From positions 1-36,028 of IMG/VR virus record IMGVR_UViG_3300017747_003325: 36,028 nucleotides of DNA; one strand, 5' to 3'. The first letter of the stretch is position 1, and every line of letters starts with the position of its first letter. The DNA comes from a virus (Duplodnaviria > Caudoviricetes). A program made the position numbers and the translations under genes. Below the pieces are notes generated by a model. It worked only from the letters and a program-made list of their open reading frames with translations. It did not search any database and had not been told where the DNA came from. Shown in pieces: positions 35,573-36,028 of the stretch.

Positions 35573-35673
35573 CCATCCCCGACCTGTGCGGTGCGGCCTT
35601 CCTCCTGCTCTGCGGCGCGCTCGTCGCGGCAGGCGTGGCGCGCGACCTCGCGCGAGATGCGGAGCGGCGATGA
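35569..35673 (+). CDS. Small membrane protein (34 aa)
   Basis: Single hydrophobic helix; GTGA/ATGA coupling on both sides. Confidence 0.45.
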   Translation: MTIPDLCGAAFLLLCGALVAAGVARDLARDAERR

Positions 35674-36028
35674 CGTGGCACGAGCCCGCGCGACTCGCGC
35701 TCGAAGCGGCCGGCGTCGCGCACATCGAGACCGGCGACCACTACCTCGTGGCGCAGTGCGACCACGCCACGCTCGCGACTGCGCTGCGGCGCGCGGGCGC
35801 GATGGTCGACGCGCTGATCGTGGACGCGCCCTACTCGGAGCGCACGCACGCGGGACACGATGGGTTCACCGAAGGGGAGCGGTCGGCGCTGTCCTACGCC
35901 TGGTGGACGCCGAGCGACGTGAACGCATTTGTCGGCGACTGGCACGCGCTCGTGCGCGGTTGGTTCGGGACCATCACGGATACCGACCTGATGCACCCGT
36001 GGGCGCGCGCGCTGGAGGCCGCGTACCG
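35670..36028 (+). CDS. N-terminal part of the N6/N4 DNA methyltransferase; 3'-truncated at the window edge
   Basis: MTWHEP...VDALIVDAPYS (motif IV, DPPY-like); frame is open to the end of the window. Confidence 0.8.
   Translation, partial: MTWHEPARLALEAAGVAHIETGDHYLVAQCDHATLATALRRAGAMVDALIVDAPYSERTHAGHDGFTEGERSALSYAWWTPSDVNAFVGDWHALVRGWFGTITDTDLMHPWARALEAAY

Noticed and set aside
1-36028. Specific host assignment
   Set aside because: High GC and the possible lipoprotein hint at a GC-rich diderm host, but the sequence alone cannot identify it.

Overview
This window looks like an essentially complete, GC-rich (roughly 70% by eye) tailed-phage genome of podovirus-like layout, opened inside one gene. 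The N-terminal half of an amino-DNA methyltransferase is at the right end (35670-36028) and its C-terminal half at the left end (1-361). A divergent control region (~34480-34582) drives two arms. The leftward arm carries a YqaJ exonuclease, RecT and small hypothetical genes. The rightward arm carries a Cro-like HTH, an NDT-like enzyme, the N6/N4 methyltransferase, a RuvC-like resolvase, a C5 methyltransferase with an overprinted second subunit, a TGT/DpdA-like protein and an SF2 helicase. After these come two near-identical sigma70-type promoters with small genes, then TerS, TerL, portal, scaffold, capsid, a degenerate tRNA-Met-like element, connector/nozzle, three putative ejection proteins, lysis/membrane genes, fibres and an amidase endolysin. 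I recognise no integrase, cI-type repressor, primase or polymerase. The most unusual signals are: (i) a candidate ~70-nt sRNA complementary to a GGAGACGAC leader shared by several phage genes; (ii) an orphan TGT/DpdA-like gene inside a cassette bounded by perfect 50-bp repeats; (iii) the dual-frame C5 methyltransferase; (iv) the tRNA-like element within the head operon. All functional calls come from motif recognition by eye, not from database searches.
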